The notes: a model not told the origin generated them from the letters alone. A DNA stretch of 49,742 bases from a virus (IMGVR_UViG_3300024348_000010), one strand, 5' to 3'; shown: positions 28,874 through 38,854, numbered from the stretch's first letter. Made by a program: numbers and translations.

Positions 28874-29716
28874 TTATGTACTTAGCTGTTGAATGAATTG
28901 TTTTTCTGTTTCCGCAAGATAAGAAGACTTGAGAAGCGTGACATTTTTCTTCATCTCGTTAACTTCTTGTTCCTCTTCATATGCATTTACTGCATACCAA
29001 TATGAAGCTTCTGCATCGGAGATATTTTGCTTTAGAAGTGTTACTGTACTAATGCCCTCAGTAGTATTCGCTACAAAGGTTCCTGATACATGTTTTACTG
29101 TCAAAGTCTTGTTTTCTGTATCGATGAAATCAACAGTGGCATATGCTCCTGTACTAGTCTGTGATACTCTATCTCCAATAACAAATGATGAAGGAGATAC
29201 AGTGAGAGAAAGAAGAACGATCTTATTAGTAGATACTACCCAATCTTCTTTGATTCTTTCATATCCAAGTATTGCACCAATATTAGTTAATTTAGGTTTC
29301 CAATACTTTCTTAAGTTTAATGTTTCGTCTGCCTGTAAAGCTTCAAATTGTGCAACAGTAATAAGTCTTTCGTCAGTGTGCCAACCATTTCTATAGAACT
29401 TAATAATAACTCTGGCGTTTGCTGTCGACCCGTACTTATTATCGATATATTTTTTAAAATCTTCTGTCGATTTATAATAATCATAATAAGGATCGACGAT
29501 ATTATTCGTAAGATATATCATCCAATCAAACTGCGAAGAGCCGTAATAATTATAAGACAATAGATCTGGTCGTTCGAACCCTTCTTCAAGAGTAAACTGG
29601 AAGTTAGAGTAGATCTCTTTTTTAGATTGTTCAGTAAAGTCAACACGTGCCAAGATATTTTTGACAATCTTGCCATCGTAATCGACTACCGGAAATCTAT
29701 CAAAATATCTCGCCAT
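28874..29716 (-). CDS. gp53: Baseplate wedge subunit gp53
   Basis: YFDRFPVVDY...KNILARV...ERPDLLSYNYYGSSQFDWMIYLTNNIVDPYYD (LysM-like gp53 motif). Confidence 0.92.
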   Translation of the reverse strand: MARYFDRFPVVDYDGKIVKNILARVDFTEQSKKEIYSNFQFTLEEGFERPDLLSYNYYGSSQFDWMIYLTNNIVDPYYDYYKSTEDFKKYIDNKYGSTANARVIIKFYRNGWHTDERLITVAQFEALQADETLNLRKYWKPKLTNIGAILGYERIKEDWVVSTNKIVLLSLTVSPSSFVIGDRVSQTSTGAYATVDFIDTENKTLTVKHVSGTFVANTTEGISTVTLLKQNISDAEASYWYAVNAYEEEQEVNEMKKNVTLLKSSYLAETEKQFIQQLST

Positions 29717-29718
29717 CT

Positions 29719-30999
29719 TTATGTTCCTGTCTTCGCCGGAGTTTCGGCTTTAGTTGAAGGTTGTATTCCTTTTATAACCGAATCTGAGAACTCTTTTGCT
29801 CCAGCTCTTAGATCTAAACCTGAACCTTTTTCAAGACCATCGATTAACTTGTCCCACATTGGTTGTATATTGTCTCCGCCTTTACGACCATAGCGATCTG
29901 CTGTTTGCATTTCTGTTTCAAGCATCGAAATTGAAACTTCGATAAATGATGGATGATGTGTTCCTTCAAAAAATGAAGGCAAGCCCTGTGGAGAATAGTT
30001 GATCTCTACCGACTGAATAAGGCACGGAGAAAACATGATCATTTCTTTATTTTTTCCAATGATCATTTCTGGTTGACATAGGAACGGATAAGCTAGAACT
30101 TGAGTTCCAAGACTACTGAATGCTGGAAGAGAGAAAGCCTTCATGGCCTTCAGAATATCCATAAGTTGTTGGCTCTCGCTCGGATTTCTCGGCGCGAAAG
30201 TCCATTCAAATCGATGTTGACGAAGCGGAACACCACTAAACAGTGCTTGAACGTGAGGATTCGGAACTGCTCCAGTAACCTGACCAATAGTGCTACCGAT
30301 ATCTCCTGTTGCCTGAACAGCTTTACTATAGATCAGTGCGATTGCAGCTTCTTTTGCAACTTGTGCTTTATTTGCACCTGGAACGAGCGCTTTCTGTATG
30401 GCATCCGCCACGCCTCCGGCCATGCCCGTCGATTCTTGATCGATTGAGATCTCGAAACTTTCTCTGATTCCTTTTGGGAGAGGAAGAGCAAAAGCTTGAA
30501 CGAATTTCAAAGTACCTTTGGTTTCTGGCGCAGGGCGTTGATACTGCTTAAACTTAAACGCCATATAGTAACGATCACTGATATGATTAGGAAACTGTAA
30601 AGTAGGCAGACCGTCTATACTAACTTTATTTGAAGCACGCTGAATAGCATCGACATATGTTTCCGCGGCAGCAGACGCTCCAATAATATTACCAGTATTA
30701 GGATTAAAATTATTACGAATATCAGCACATGAAGCACGCTTCATCTCGCTGGTAAATGTCTGAAAATACTTGTCTTCGAGGCCAGAAGTCAAAGCATCGC
30801 CGAAACGAGCAGAGAGTTCAGCAGCAATCGAATCTGAAAGACCAATCTTTTTCAGAGCCTTAGCAAAGAGATCCTCGACTGCGTTCTCGAGTTTATCTTC
30901 GATTTTATTCGTAATCTTTTTTGCGAGTCTGTTTGCAAGTCCGCCAACATCTCTCTTAAAACCGTCTAGGTTTACTAGTTTGTTATCTCTCGAGGCCAT
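29719..30999 (-). CDS. gp48: Baseplate tail tube cap gp48
   Basis: LQFP...YMAFKFKQY...ALPLP...PNPHVQALFSGVPLRQHRFEWTFAPRNPSES...F..YP...CLIQSVEINYSP. Start moved from the track's TTG at 31026 to ATG 30999, because 31026 leaves no room after the late promoter. Confidence 0.88.
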   Translation of the reverse strand: MASRDNKLVNLDGFKRDVGGLANRLAKKITNKIEDKLENAVEDLFAKALKKIGLSDSIAAELSARFGDALTSGLEDKYFQTFTSEMKRASCADIRNNFNPNTGNIIGASAAAETYVDAIQRASNKVSIDGLPTLQFPNHISDRYYMAFKFKQYQRPAPETKGTLKFVQAFALPLPKGIRESFEISIDQESTGMAGGVADAIQKALVPGANKAQVAKEAAIALIYSKAVQATGDIGSTIGQVTGAVPNPHVQALFSGVPLRQHRFEWTFAPRNPSESQQLMDILKAMKAFSLPAFSSLGTQVLAYPFLCQPEMIIGKNKEMIMFSPCLIQSVEINYSPQGLPSFFEGTHHPSFIEVSISMLETEMQTADRYGRKGGDNIQPMWDKLIDGLEKGSGLDLRAGAKEFSDSVIKGIQPSTKAETPAKTGT

Positions 31000-31029
31000 G
31001 TTTTCTCTCAGGTTATAAGTCTTCAATCT

Positions 31030-31041
31030 TATTTATAAATA
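31030..31041. promoter_or_regulatory. Overlapping divergent late promoters (TATTTATAAATA)
   Basis: TATAAATA on minus (31030-31037) and on plus (31034-31041), in the gap between divergent gp48 and gp4. Confidence 0.9.
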
Positions 31042-31046
31042 GATTC

Positions 31047-31487
31047 ATGGCTTATCAGGGAAAGTTTCGACCAAAGAATACAAAGAAGTATCTTGGGGAT
31101 TCGAACAATATCGTATATCGTAGTCAATGGGAATTAAAGTTCATGATGTACTTAGATTCGCATCCTAACGTCGTGCAATGGGGGAGTGAAGAACTCGTCA
31201 TTCCGTATCGCTCACCTATCGACAATCGAGTACATCGATACTTTCCAGACTTCATTGTCAAGAAGAAAACACCAGAAGGCAAGATCGATACTGTAGTGGT
31301 TGAAATAAAACCTCATGCGCAGACGCGGCCTCCAGTGGTGATAAATAAGCCTAATAAGCGTTATATTAATGAAGTCATGACATGGGGTGTCAACGAAGCC
31401 AAGTGGAGAGCAGCTGCAATATACTGCAACGACCGCGCTTGGAAGTTCGAGATACTCACCGAAAAAGAACTAGGAATTAAGTTTTAA
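31047..31487 (+). CDS. gp4: Head completion nuclease gp4
   Basis: MAYQGKFRPKNTKKYLGD..NIVYRSQWELKFM..LD...WGSEE..IPY...HRYFPDF...VEIKP...VNEAKW. Confidence 0.93.
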   Translation: MAYQGKFRPKNTKKYLGDSNNIVYRSQWELKFMMYLDSHPNVVQWGSEELVIPYRSPIDNRVHRYFPDFIVKKKTPEGKIDTVVVEIKPHAQTRPPVVINKPNKRYINEVMTWGVNEAKWRAAAIYCNDRAWKFEILTEKELGIKF

Positions 31488-32086
31488 TGGCAATTGTATT
31501 TGATACTATCATCACACAAGGTGTTCGTTCAGGACAGATTCCTGCGCGCACGAACTCTGCGCGTGAGTGGTTCAGAGATACTGCCGGTAAAATGAATCGT
31601 ATCAATGAGCGTGAGATGATGAAGGGCGACGTAAGTCGTATGACTACTCAGCCTCTGCTCGGCTCGATGTACATGTTCTACTATGATCCGAAACATAAAG
31701 AAGAGCTTCCATACTACGATAGATTTCCTCTGATCTTTCCATATAAGAAAGTCAAAGGCGGATTTATGGGACTCAACTTACACTACTTGCCGTTGCAACT
31801 CAGAGCGAAGTTGATGGACGGTCTATATGACTTTGCAAACAATACTCGTTACGACGAGTCCACAAAGCTTAAACTCAGCTACGAACTCATGACACAGGCC
31901 GCAAAGCTAAGATGGTATGCTCCATGCATTAAACACTACTTGACTTCACACGTGCAATCAAAATTTATGTACGTTTATCCATCGGAATGGGATATCGCGC
32001 TCTTCTTACCAACAGAACGTTTCGTCAAAGCAAGAAAGAATCAAGTTTGGATGGACACGAAAAGAATGCTAGGAGTTACTAAGTAA
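31487..32086 (+). CDS. gp2: DNA end protector gp2
   Basis: GSMYMFYYDPKHKEELPYYDRFPLIF...GLNLHYLP...R..L...CIKHYL. Confidence 0.93.
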   Translation: MAIVFDTIITQGVRSGQIPARTNSAREWFRDTAGKMNRINEREMMKGDVSRMTTQPLLGSMYMFYYDPKHKEELPYYDRFPLIFPYKKVKGGFMGLNLHYLPLQLRAKLMDGLYDFANNTRYDESTKLKLSYELMTQAAKLRWYAPCIKHYLTSHVQSKFMYVYPSEWDIALFLPTERFVKARKNQVWMDTKRMLGVTK

Positions 32087-33591
32087 TGTCAACCAACGCA
32101 GAGATTCAGAAAAGACTTCGAGCTTCGGAAGCTGCTGATGCTGCTAAAGCCGCAGCTGCTAGGAAGGCAGCTATCGAGAAGAAAGCAGCTGAAGATCGTG
32201 CACGTAAAGCTGAAGCCGATAGACAACGAAAAAAATATGGTAAAGCTGCCAATGAAGCTTTTGAAGTGTGGCAACAATCCCCGGCAGGTATAGCTACTCT
32301 AAAATCACAACGCGCTGCGGATAAAACACGCGGACTTGCTGGAACTGTCCGTGGAGAAAATCAAGAGCGAGCTGAAACTGATGCACAAATTGAGCGCAAT
32401 CGAAAAGCATTTGTTAATGCTCGTATCGCGCGCGACGTTAGAAATGAAGGAAAACCAACAGGAACCAACACTTCAGGATCAAACCGCGGGTCGGTTCCAA
32501 CAAATGGATCTGGAAAACAGGGCACAGGATCTGGAAAACAAGGCACGTCGACTGCTGCTGAACCTGACTTCTTAAAGAATCCTACCGCATTTAAAGATAA
32601 AGATAGAGCTGCAACAGATTTCGATAAAAATAATCCATTCGAAGGGCAAAATACTACAGAAGATCGAACATTCAGCAACAATCGATTTTCTGCTGGTAGA
32701 TTTGATATCAACAGTTTTAGATCGAAAGTAGTTGGCTATGATGGTGTATTAAGCACTCACAGTTTCTTAGTAGTATTCTCTCCAATGGACTGGGTTCCAT
32801 TGAAAGCTATTCGTAATGAGATTTTTCCTGATTTGACGATGAGATGTGACAATGCTATTCTTCCTACGATCAACTTACTACAAGAACAGAACGTCAGAAG
32901 ATATGGCTTTGGTCCTGTAGAAAACGTTGCTTATGGCGTCAATGTAGGCGACTTTACTCTCCAGTTTATTGTCGACAAACAAGCATCTATCATCGATTTC
33001 TTCGAATCGTGGATGAATCTTATCGTGAATCGTGATTCTTTTGGCGGTGCGAATATGAACAACGTAGTCGGAGATAATAAAAGACCTTACGAAGTCGCTT
33101 ATAAGGACACTTATGCTTGTCCTTCTGTAAACGTTTTTGTATACGATCGTGCTCAAAATACAGTATTAGAATATAACATCTATGACGTATTCCCGACTGG
33201 TATTCAAAGTATGAATCTTTCATGGAGTGAAGAGAATTCATTGATGAAGTTAAACGTAACGTTCTCATTTACTGATGTTCGAATTCGATCAAAGGAAAGC
33301 AACTTTGACAATGATTCTTTCATTCCAGTTTCTGAAATGCTAAATTATGAGCCAATTGCGATATCAAATTTTGGAGATCTGCCACTTTCAGAAACAAATA
33401 TAGCTTCTATTTTAGATTCTCTTCCTTCTGATCAGTCGTTGCAACCTTTGATCATAGGAGGAGGAAATAAACCGCCGAGCACGTTAGGCGCGCCGCCTGA
33501 CACAGCACCTACGAATACTAATTCTACATCCACAGTTCGAGCACCTACAGACCGCTTACCAAGCGGCGTGCCTTTTACTATTCCAGCTTAA
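32086..33591 (+). CDS. gp54: Tail tube initiator gp54-like protein with N-terminal extension
   Basis: C-terminal half has MRCDNAILPTINL...RRYGFGPVENVAYG...FTLQFIVD...FFESWMNLI...YDVFPTGIQSMNLSW...KLNVTFSF. The first ~200 aa are low complexity. Confidence 0.75.
   Translation: MSTNAEIQKRLRASEAADAAKAAAARKAAIEKKAAEDRARKAEADRQRKKYGKAANEAFEVWQQSPAGIATLKSQRAADKTRGLAGTVRGENQERAETDAQIERNRKAFVNARIARDVRNEGKPTGTNTSGSNRGSVPTNGSGKQGTGSGKQGTSTAAEPDFLKNPTAFKDKDRAATDFDKNNPFEGQNTTEDRTFSNNRFSAGRFDINSFRSKVVGYDGVLSTHSFLVVFSPMDWVPLKAIRNEIFPDLTMRCDNAILPTINLLQEQNVRRYGFGPVENVAYGVNVGDFTLQFIVDKQASIIDFFESWMNLIVNRDSFGGANMNNVVGDNKRPYEVAYKDTYACPSVNVFVYDRAQNTVLEYNIYDVFPTGIQSMNLSWSEENSLMKLNVTFSFTDVRIRSKESNFDNDSFIPVSEMLNYEPIAISNFGDLPLSETNIASILDSLPSDQSLQPLIIGGGNKPPSTLGAPPDTAPTNTNSTSTVRAPTDRLPSGVPFTIPA
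32506..32547 (+). repeat. 21-nt tandem duplication (GSGKQGT x2)
   Basis: GGATCTGGAAAACAGGGCACA followed by GGATCTGGAAAACAAGGCACG. Confidence 0.9.
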
Positions 33592-33619
33592 TAGATAATT
33601 TATAATCCAGGAGAATATA

Positions 33620-34330
33620 ATGCCTTTACCAAAAATTGATCAACCCCTATTTGACGTGATCGTCCCATCAAACGGAAAGAAGATAATGTTTCGTCCCTTC
33701 CTCGTTAAGGAAGAGAAGATATTGTTGATCTCTCAGCAAGGTGGAGAAGATACTGAAGTGATTCGTGCCATCAAGCAAATCTTGAATTTATGTGTTCAAG
33801 ACGAAGACTTTGATGTCGATGATCTTACTACATTCGATCTTGAATACTTGTTTTTGAAACTAAGAGCGCGCTCGGTCAACAACGTAGTTAAACTATCATA
33901 TCGTGATAACGAAGATGGCAAGATCTATAACTTTGAATTGGATCTTGATACTATTGAAGTTGAGATGCCAACAGATATCGATGCTACTATTGATGTAGCC
34001 GATGGAATTTCCATGATCATGAAGTATCCAAGTGCTAGCATCACTGATAAGCTTCAGCAGTTTGAAAATGAAATTGATCTCATGACATTCTTTATCGTCA
34101 ACTGCATCGATACTATCTTGACTCCAGAAGAAATCTTTCCAGCATCTGACTATTCGAGCGCAGAGCTAGAAGAATTCATCGATCAATTACCAGTTACTTC
34201 ATTCGAAAAGATTCGTGAGTTCTTTGAAAAGATGCCTAAGCTGTATCATAAGATCGAGTATACGAACGAAGAGGGTAACGATAGGAGTATCGAGTTAAAT
34301 AATCTCAAAGATTTTTTTATGTGGCGCTAA
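33620..34330 (+). CDS. gp26: Baseplate hub assembly chaperone gp26
   Basis: MPLPKIDQP.F...PS.GK.I.FRPFLVKEEKILL...FDLEYLFLKLRARSV...FFEKMPKL...LKDFF. Confidence 0.92.
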   Translation: MPLPKIDQPLFDVIVPSNGKKIMFRPFLVKEEKILLISQQGGEDTEVIRAIKQILNLCVQDEDFDVDDLTTFDLEYLFLKLRARSVNNVVKLSYRDNEDGKIYNFELDLDTIEVEMPTDIDATIDVADGISMIMKYPSASITDKLQQFENEIDLMTFFIVNCIDTILTPEEIFPASDYSSAELEEFIDQLPVTSFEKIREFFEKMPKLYHKIEYTNEEGNDRSIELNNLKDFFMWR

Positions 34331-34500
34331 GTCATACTTCGTTAACTAATTACTATAGTATGATTTTTGCATTAGCACAACATCATAAGTATTCGATCAC
34401 AGAGGTCGAGAATTTGATACCGTACGAAAGAGACATATATGTGGATATGTTGATGGGTTACCTTGAAGATCAGAAACGAGAGATAGAGAGTAGAAAATAA
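34321..34500 (+). CDS. gp51: Baseplate hub assembly protein gp51 (not in the ORF track; may be expressed only as a frameshift fusion to gp26)
   Basis: Frame reads (V)ALSHTSLTNYYSMIFALAQHHKYSITEVENLIPYERDIYVDMLMGYLEDQKREIESRK*, matching the LxNYY..FAL.QHHKYS..E.ENLIP.ER.IY motif of T4-like gp51. Its stop overlaps the next ATG. Confidence 0.88.
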   Translation: MALSHTSLTNYYSMIFALAQHHKYSITEVENLIPYERDIYVDMLMGYLEDQKREIESRK

Positions 34501-36791
34501 TGCTTCCTGCAATTGGACGAGCAGTATTCTTAGGAGGTGGCCTATTCGGCAACGCGCTGGGTGGTGCTATTAAAGGAATCGGTTCTGCAGTCGGAGGAAT
34601 AGCACAAGGAGCAGGATCTGCAATCGGTGGTATCGCTCAAGGCATTGGTTCTGCGGTCGGCGGAGCAGTAACTCCAGCACCAAAAGTGATTGTCAATAAT
34701 GTTGGTATAGCAGGCGAAGCAGGAAAGAAGAAGATAACAGGATCTGGAACTCTTCCTGCTCCAAAGAAATCTGCTCGACCAACTGTCAATGCCAATATGC
34801 CTACAGAAAAGTTGTTGGTCGTAGCAGTTAACTATCTCTCGTCTATCGATAAGACTCTTCAAGATCAACTCAAATTCGAGAGCCAAGCTTTTAATCAACA
34901 AGTTCAAGCAGAACGTGAGTCTTCGATTGAAAACAAGAAGACAGGCGTTTTCACCAAACTTTCAGATAAATTTGGCGGGCTTCTAAAAACTGGTGAAGAT
35001 AGCACGATGAAGAGTCGTGCAGGTGATATTACGAAGGTGATTCTTGGCGCCACTGGACTGGCAGCACTTGGTGCATTAGGTTTGGCTGGAATGGGAGACA
35101 CCGAACTTGCTCGATTAAAAACAAGTTGGAGTGCATTCACCGAAAAGTATGCTTGGTTAACTGATTTTGCTTCGGCTATCACCGGTGTTGGAGGCGCTGC
35201 CGGATATCTTATAGGCGGATGGCGCGGAGCAGTTATTGGCGTTGTAGTCGACTGGATGGCGAAGAGATTAACTGGCTCTAGCATAGGCGATACTTTACTT
35301 AGTTCTCTTGGCATTGGAGGAGGAACTCCTACTGATGCTACTGCTGCTACTGCAAGAGAACCAAATACCGGTTTCGACTATGCCATGGGTGGAATAGTTG
35401 CTGGTTATGGTGCTATGCGCGGGGTTAAGACATACAAAGATGTCACTGGCAGAATGTCAAAGATGGCTTCTACCCGGGCGGCACCAAGTCTTGCGTCATC
35501 TGGTGGAAGATTAGGATTTAAAGATCCTGTTACTGGTAAAGTTGCAAATAAGGCAGCATCTTCAGCTGGTGGAGGTTGGTTATCTGGCCCAAAAGGAAGA
35601 AAATTCGTAGCTTTCCTATCTAAACGCTTCGGTAAAACATATATTGTCAAGAAAGTAATGCCTTTGCTTGCAAGAGTATTTGCTGGACTCGCTGTTACCG
35701 CAACTGGAGTTGGCGCAATTCCAGGATTGCTATGGACTCTTTTAAATGTAGGACTAGCGCTTTATACGGTGTATGATTTACTTGATGCATGGTGGGATTT
35801 CCAAGATGAAGAAGCGGCTAGTAAAGATGCAGATGCAGCAAACTCTGCAAAACCATCGAGCGATGCTTCTCCTGCCACATCAAATATTGGTTCAGGCAAT
35901 ATTGCTGGTGCTCCTGTAGCTTCTGCCGAACAAATGCAAAATCTTCCTACAATTCCAGCAGATATAGAAAAGATCCTTGCTACTATCAGAACACGAGAGT
36001 CTGGAGGCAACTATGGTATTCCACATCCTATTGGAATGCCGGGTCAAACTGCATCTGGTGCTTATGCATTTACAAACGGCTCTTGGCGAGGTTTAACTAA
36101 AAAGTATGGAATAGGAACAGAATATAGTAGTGCTTATCTCGCTCCTCCTCCTATTCAAGATGCTGTTGCCGCAAAATATGTCGAAGAGATATTACAGAAA
36201 GCGGGAGGCGATGTTTCGAAGGTTCCTCTTGCCTGGTATACCGGTAATATACAAGGAAAAATATCTGCAAAGGCATTGGCAGTAAATAACGGTCTGACTC
36301 CACAAGAATATCAAGCAAAATGGATGTCCGATTACACTGGTGGAAAATATGCTGCTTCATCTTATGATTCACAAGGCGCCAGTAGTTCAGGATTGGCTGC
36401 AGGCGCCATGGATCTTGGTAAAGGTTTGATAGAATCTGTAGGTAGTATTATTAGTGCTGGACTCGGTCCGATGTCAGGTCGAAGTACATCAGCATCTCTA
36501 AGCTCAATGTCTTCTACTTCGACACCAAGACCTCCATCTAGTTTGCCTGCAACACCAATATCTGCAGATACAACGAAAGTTTCAGAAATTGCGCAAGCTT
36601 CTGCAAAAATTCAATCGGCTATCGATATGGGTAATCCTAAATCCAATCCGGCTGATCAAATGCCAACGAATTCTGTTCAAGCCTCGCTAAGAAACGCATC
36701 GAGCGATAGCAAACTCGAAAGTATTGATCCTAACTATCCTGGCGGTTCTGACGACTATGTGAAATCACAACTATATAGAATGGCAGCATAA
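34500..36791 (+). CDS. Tape-measure/gp29-like protein with lysozyme-like transglycosylase domain
   Basis: 763 aa after gp26/gp51. Gly/Ala-rich hydrophobic segments, plus ILATIRTRESGGNY...ASGAYAFTNGSW...QDAVA..Y (about 35960-36340). Confidence 0.78.
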   Translation: MLPAIGRAVFLGGGLFGNALGGAIKGIGSAVGGIAQGAGSAIGGIAQGIGSAVGGAVTPAPKVIVNNVGIAGEAGKKKITGSGTLPAPKKSARPTVNANMPTEKLLVVAVNYLSSIDKTLQDQLKFESQAFNQQVQAERESSIENKKTGVFTKLSDKFGGLLKTGEDSTMKSRAGDITKVILGATGLAALGALGLAGMGDTELARLKTSWSAFTEKYAWLTDFASAITGVGGAAGYLIGGWRGAVIGVVVDWMAKRLTGSSIGDTLLSSLGIGGGTPTDATAATAREPNTGFDYAMGGIVAGYGAMRGVKTYKDVTGRMSKMASTRAAPSLASSGGRLGFKDPVTGKVANKAASSAGGGWLSGPKGRKFVAFLSKRFGKTYIVKKVMPLLARVFAGLAVTATGVGAIPGLLWTLLNVGLALYTVYDLLDAWWDFQDEEAASKDADAANSAKPSSDASPATSNIGSGNIAGAPVASAEQMQNLPTIPADIEKILATIRTRESGGNYGIPHPIGMPGQTASGAYAFTNGSWRGLTKKYGIGTEYSSAYLAPPPIQDAVAAKYVEEILQKAGGDVSKVPLAWYTGNIQGKISAKALAVNNGLTPQEYQAKWMSDYTGGKYAASSYDSQGASSSGLAAGAMDLGKGLIESVGSIISAGLGPMSGRSTSASLSSMSSTSTPRPPSSLPATPISADTTKVSEIAQASAKIQSAIDMGNPKSNPADQMPTNSVQASLRNASSDSKLESIDPNYPGGSDDYVKSQLYRMAA

Positions 36792-38854
36792 TGGCAGAGC
36801 CAGTCACGATAGGCGGACAGACTTTCATTAAAACGCCAGAAGGTTGGTTAGATAAGAAAACTAAGGTGCGCGCACCTGAATCACTGTTTACTTTACTCAA
36901 CTCTTTAACTTCTGAATCGACAACCGAATATAAAAAACTTAGAGTCAGAATCGACTCGAGTAAACCTCCTGTTTCGTTGGCAGGAGAAGAATATGTTTTT
37001 GATCTTAATCAAGGAAAATGGATCAATAAGAAGACTCGCGATGCTGTTAACGATTCTCTTCAAAAAGTTATCAACGGTGTTTTAGAAAAACTAGAAGCTG
37101 AAAAGGCTTCGGCTGCTCCTGCTATTACCGCTGCAATGGGTACTATCGGACAAGCCGCAAAATCGAATGTCAAAAAACCAGACGGCGCGAAGATGCCGGT
37201 CAATATTAAGATCAATTCTCCTATCGTAACGATGATAGAAAAGTTGGCTACAATTGATGGTTATCTGAAGCAGAAACTTGATAATCAAAAAAAGATAGCT
37301 GCTAGAAATATATCGATGGCCAAAGAAATGGCTATCGAAGCAACTCCTTCTGATGCATCTCCAGCACAAGAAGTAAAGACCGAAGACGCCAGTAAAGATA
37401 ATACTGCGGCAATGGCTACCGCTTTACTTGTAGGCGGTCTAATAGCGGCGCAGTTCGAACCAGTCCAAGAAGCATTTAAATCTCTTGTCGATGGCGTAAA
37501 AGGAGTTTGGAATTTTGTAAGTGGTGTCGCTGGAACTATTGCTGATGGGCTCGATGCTTTTACAGGCAGCTCTTCGACTAGCTCTACTAAGCCTTCAGCC
37601 GCATCTCTTCCAACTGGACCTGGATCGTCAAATCTTCAACCTTCTGATCCGAACACTGTAGAAGCTCCAGCTCAAGTCGCGCCAAGCGAACCGAATAAAG
37701 CAGATGCTACGCCTGTTGTTAATACACAATCAACGCCAAATCAAGCTACACCATCACAACCGAGTTCTGGCTCTGCTCGTTTAGGAAGAACGGTTATTGG
37801 AGCTGCAGTAGGAGGAGCAATAGCAGGTCCAGTTGGTGCTGCTATTGGCGGAGCAGTTGGATTTTTATCTGCACCTGCTGATGAAGGCGCGCCAAATTAT
37901 TCTCCTACTTCTTCATCACCTTCGAGCAGCCAACCATCTTCTGGAAATAATGCAACGGGAGCTCCCGTTGCAACGGGAGTAGAAAGAGTTGGAGCTCCGT
38001 CTGGCGGACCGATGGGAGATTTTGCTGCTAACTTTAAAGATCCTGTTCCAAACGGTAAGTGGTCAGGTCCAGGTTTAGGGCAATCTAGAGCAGGCGGAAC
38101 ACGCCGCCACCAAGGTATGGATATCTTCGCTCCGATGGGAGCTCCCATTTACGCAACAGCCGACGGTGAAGTTGTATACAGTGAAAGAAGAAGTGGAGAT
38201 GGCGGAAGTGCAGGTTTTGGTATGGCTGTACAGCTAAAACATGCCGACGGATATACAACAAAGTACGCACACTTAAGTAAACTAAAGGGATATAGCAAAG
38301 GCGATCGAGTTAATGCTGGCGATGTTATCGGCTATGTAGGTGATACAGGAAATGCTAAAGGCACCCCTCCTCACTTACACTTTGAAATTTGGAAAGGTCG
38401 CCAGATGCAAGAGCCGGCAAACTTTTTGTCGGGAGCAAATAGAACTGGATATGGCGCCGACGATGGAAGTGGAACTGGAGACAATCTTATGGGAATGGCT
38501 CAAAACGCCACTTCTCAATTGTGGAATCTAGGAGCTGGAGCAATTGAAGCTCTTGGATCTGTAATTAGTGCTGGTCTTGGACCGATGGCAAGTCGTAGCA
38601 TCACTGAATCATTGATGCAAACTGCTCCTAACACTGCAGGTGAAATAGCTATAGCAGCAGTAAGCAAGAATGCAAAAATGGCAGAAGTAAATACTCCTGC
38701 CATCGAGACTGGTCCAATGATTAAAGATCCACCGAATATTAGTAAGAGTGGCAGTACAGACTTTATTCAAAATGCTCCGACTGCTTCTGATATGTCATCT
38801 ATCGATTATTATCTTACGCGCATGGGGCTTGGATTACAACAAAGTAAGGTATAA
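36791..38854 (+). CDS. Second tape-measure-like protein with M23 peptidase domain
   Basis: 687 aa. HQGMDIFAPMGAPIYATADG...YAHLS...GDVIGYVGDTG...HLHFEI gives the HxxxD and HxH zinc motifs (about 38030-38440). Confidence 0.82.
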   Translation: MAEPVTIGGQTFIKTPEGWLDKKTKVRAPESLFTLLNSLTSESTTEYKKLRVRIDSSKPPVSLAGEEYVFDLNQGKWINKKTRDAVNDSLQKVINGVLEKLEAEKASAAPAITAAMGTIGQAAKSNVKKPDGAKMPVNIKINSPIVTMIEKLATIDGYLKQKLDNQKKIAARNISMAKEMAIEATPSDASPAQEVKTEDASKDNTAAMATALLVGGLIAAQFEPVQEAFKSLVDGVKGVWNFVSGVAGTIADGLDAFTGSSSTSSTKPSAASLPTGPGSSNLQPSDPNTVEAPAQVAPSEPNKADATPVVNTQSTPNQATPSQPSSGSARLGRTVIGAAVGGAIAGPVGAAIGGAVGFLSAPADEGAPNYSPTSSSPSSSQPSSGNNATGAPVATGVERVGAPSGGPMGDFAANFKDPVPNGKWSGPGLGQSRAGGTRRHQGMDIFAPMGAPIYATADGEVVYSERRSGDGGSAGFGMAVQLKHADGYTTKYAHLSKLKGYSKGDRVNAGDVIGYVGDTGNAKGTPPHLHFEIWKGRQMQEPANFLSGANRTGYGADDGSGTGDNLMGMAQNATSQLWNLGAGAIEALGSVISAGLGPMASRSITESLMQTAPNTAGEIAIAAVSKNAKMAEVNTPAIETGPMIKDPPNISKSGSTDFIQNAPTASDMSSIDYYLTRMGLGLQQSKV

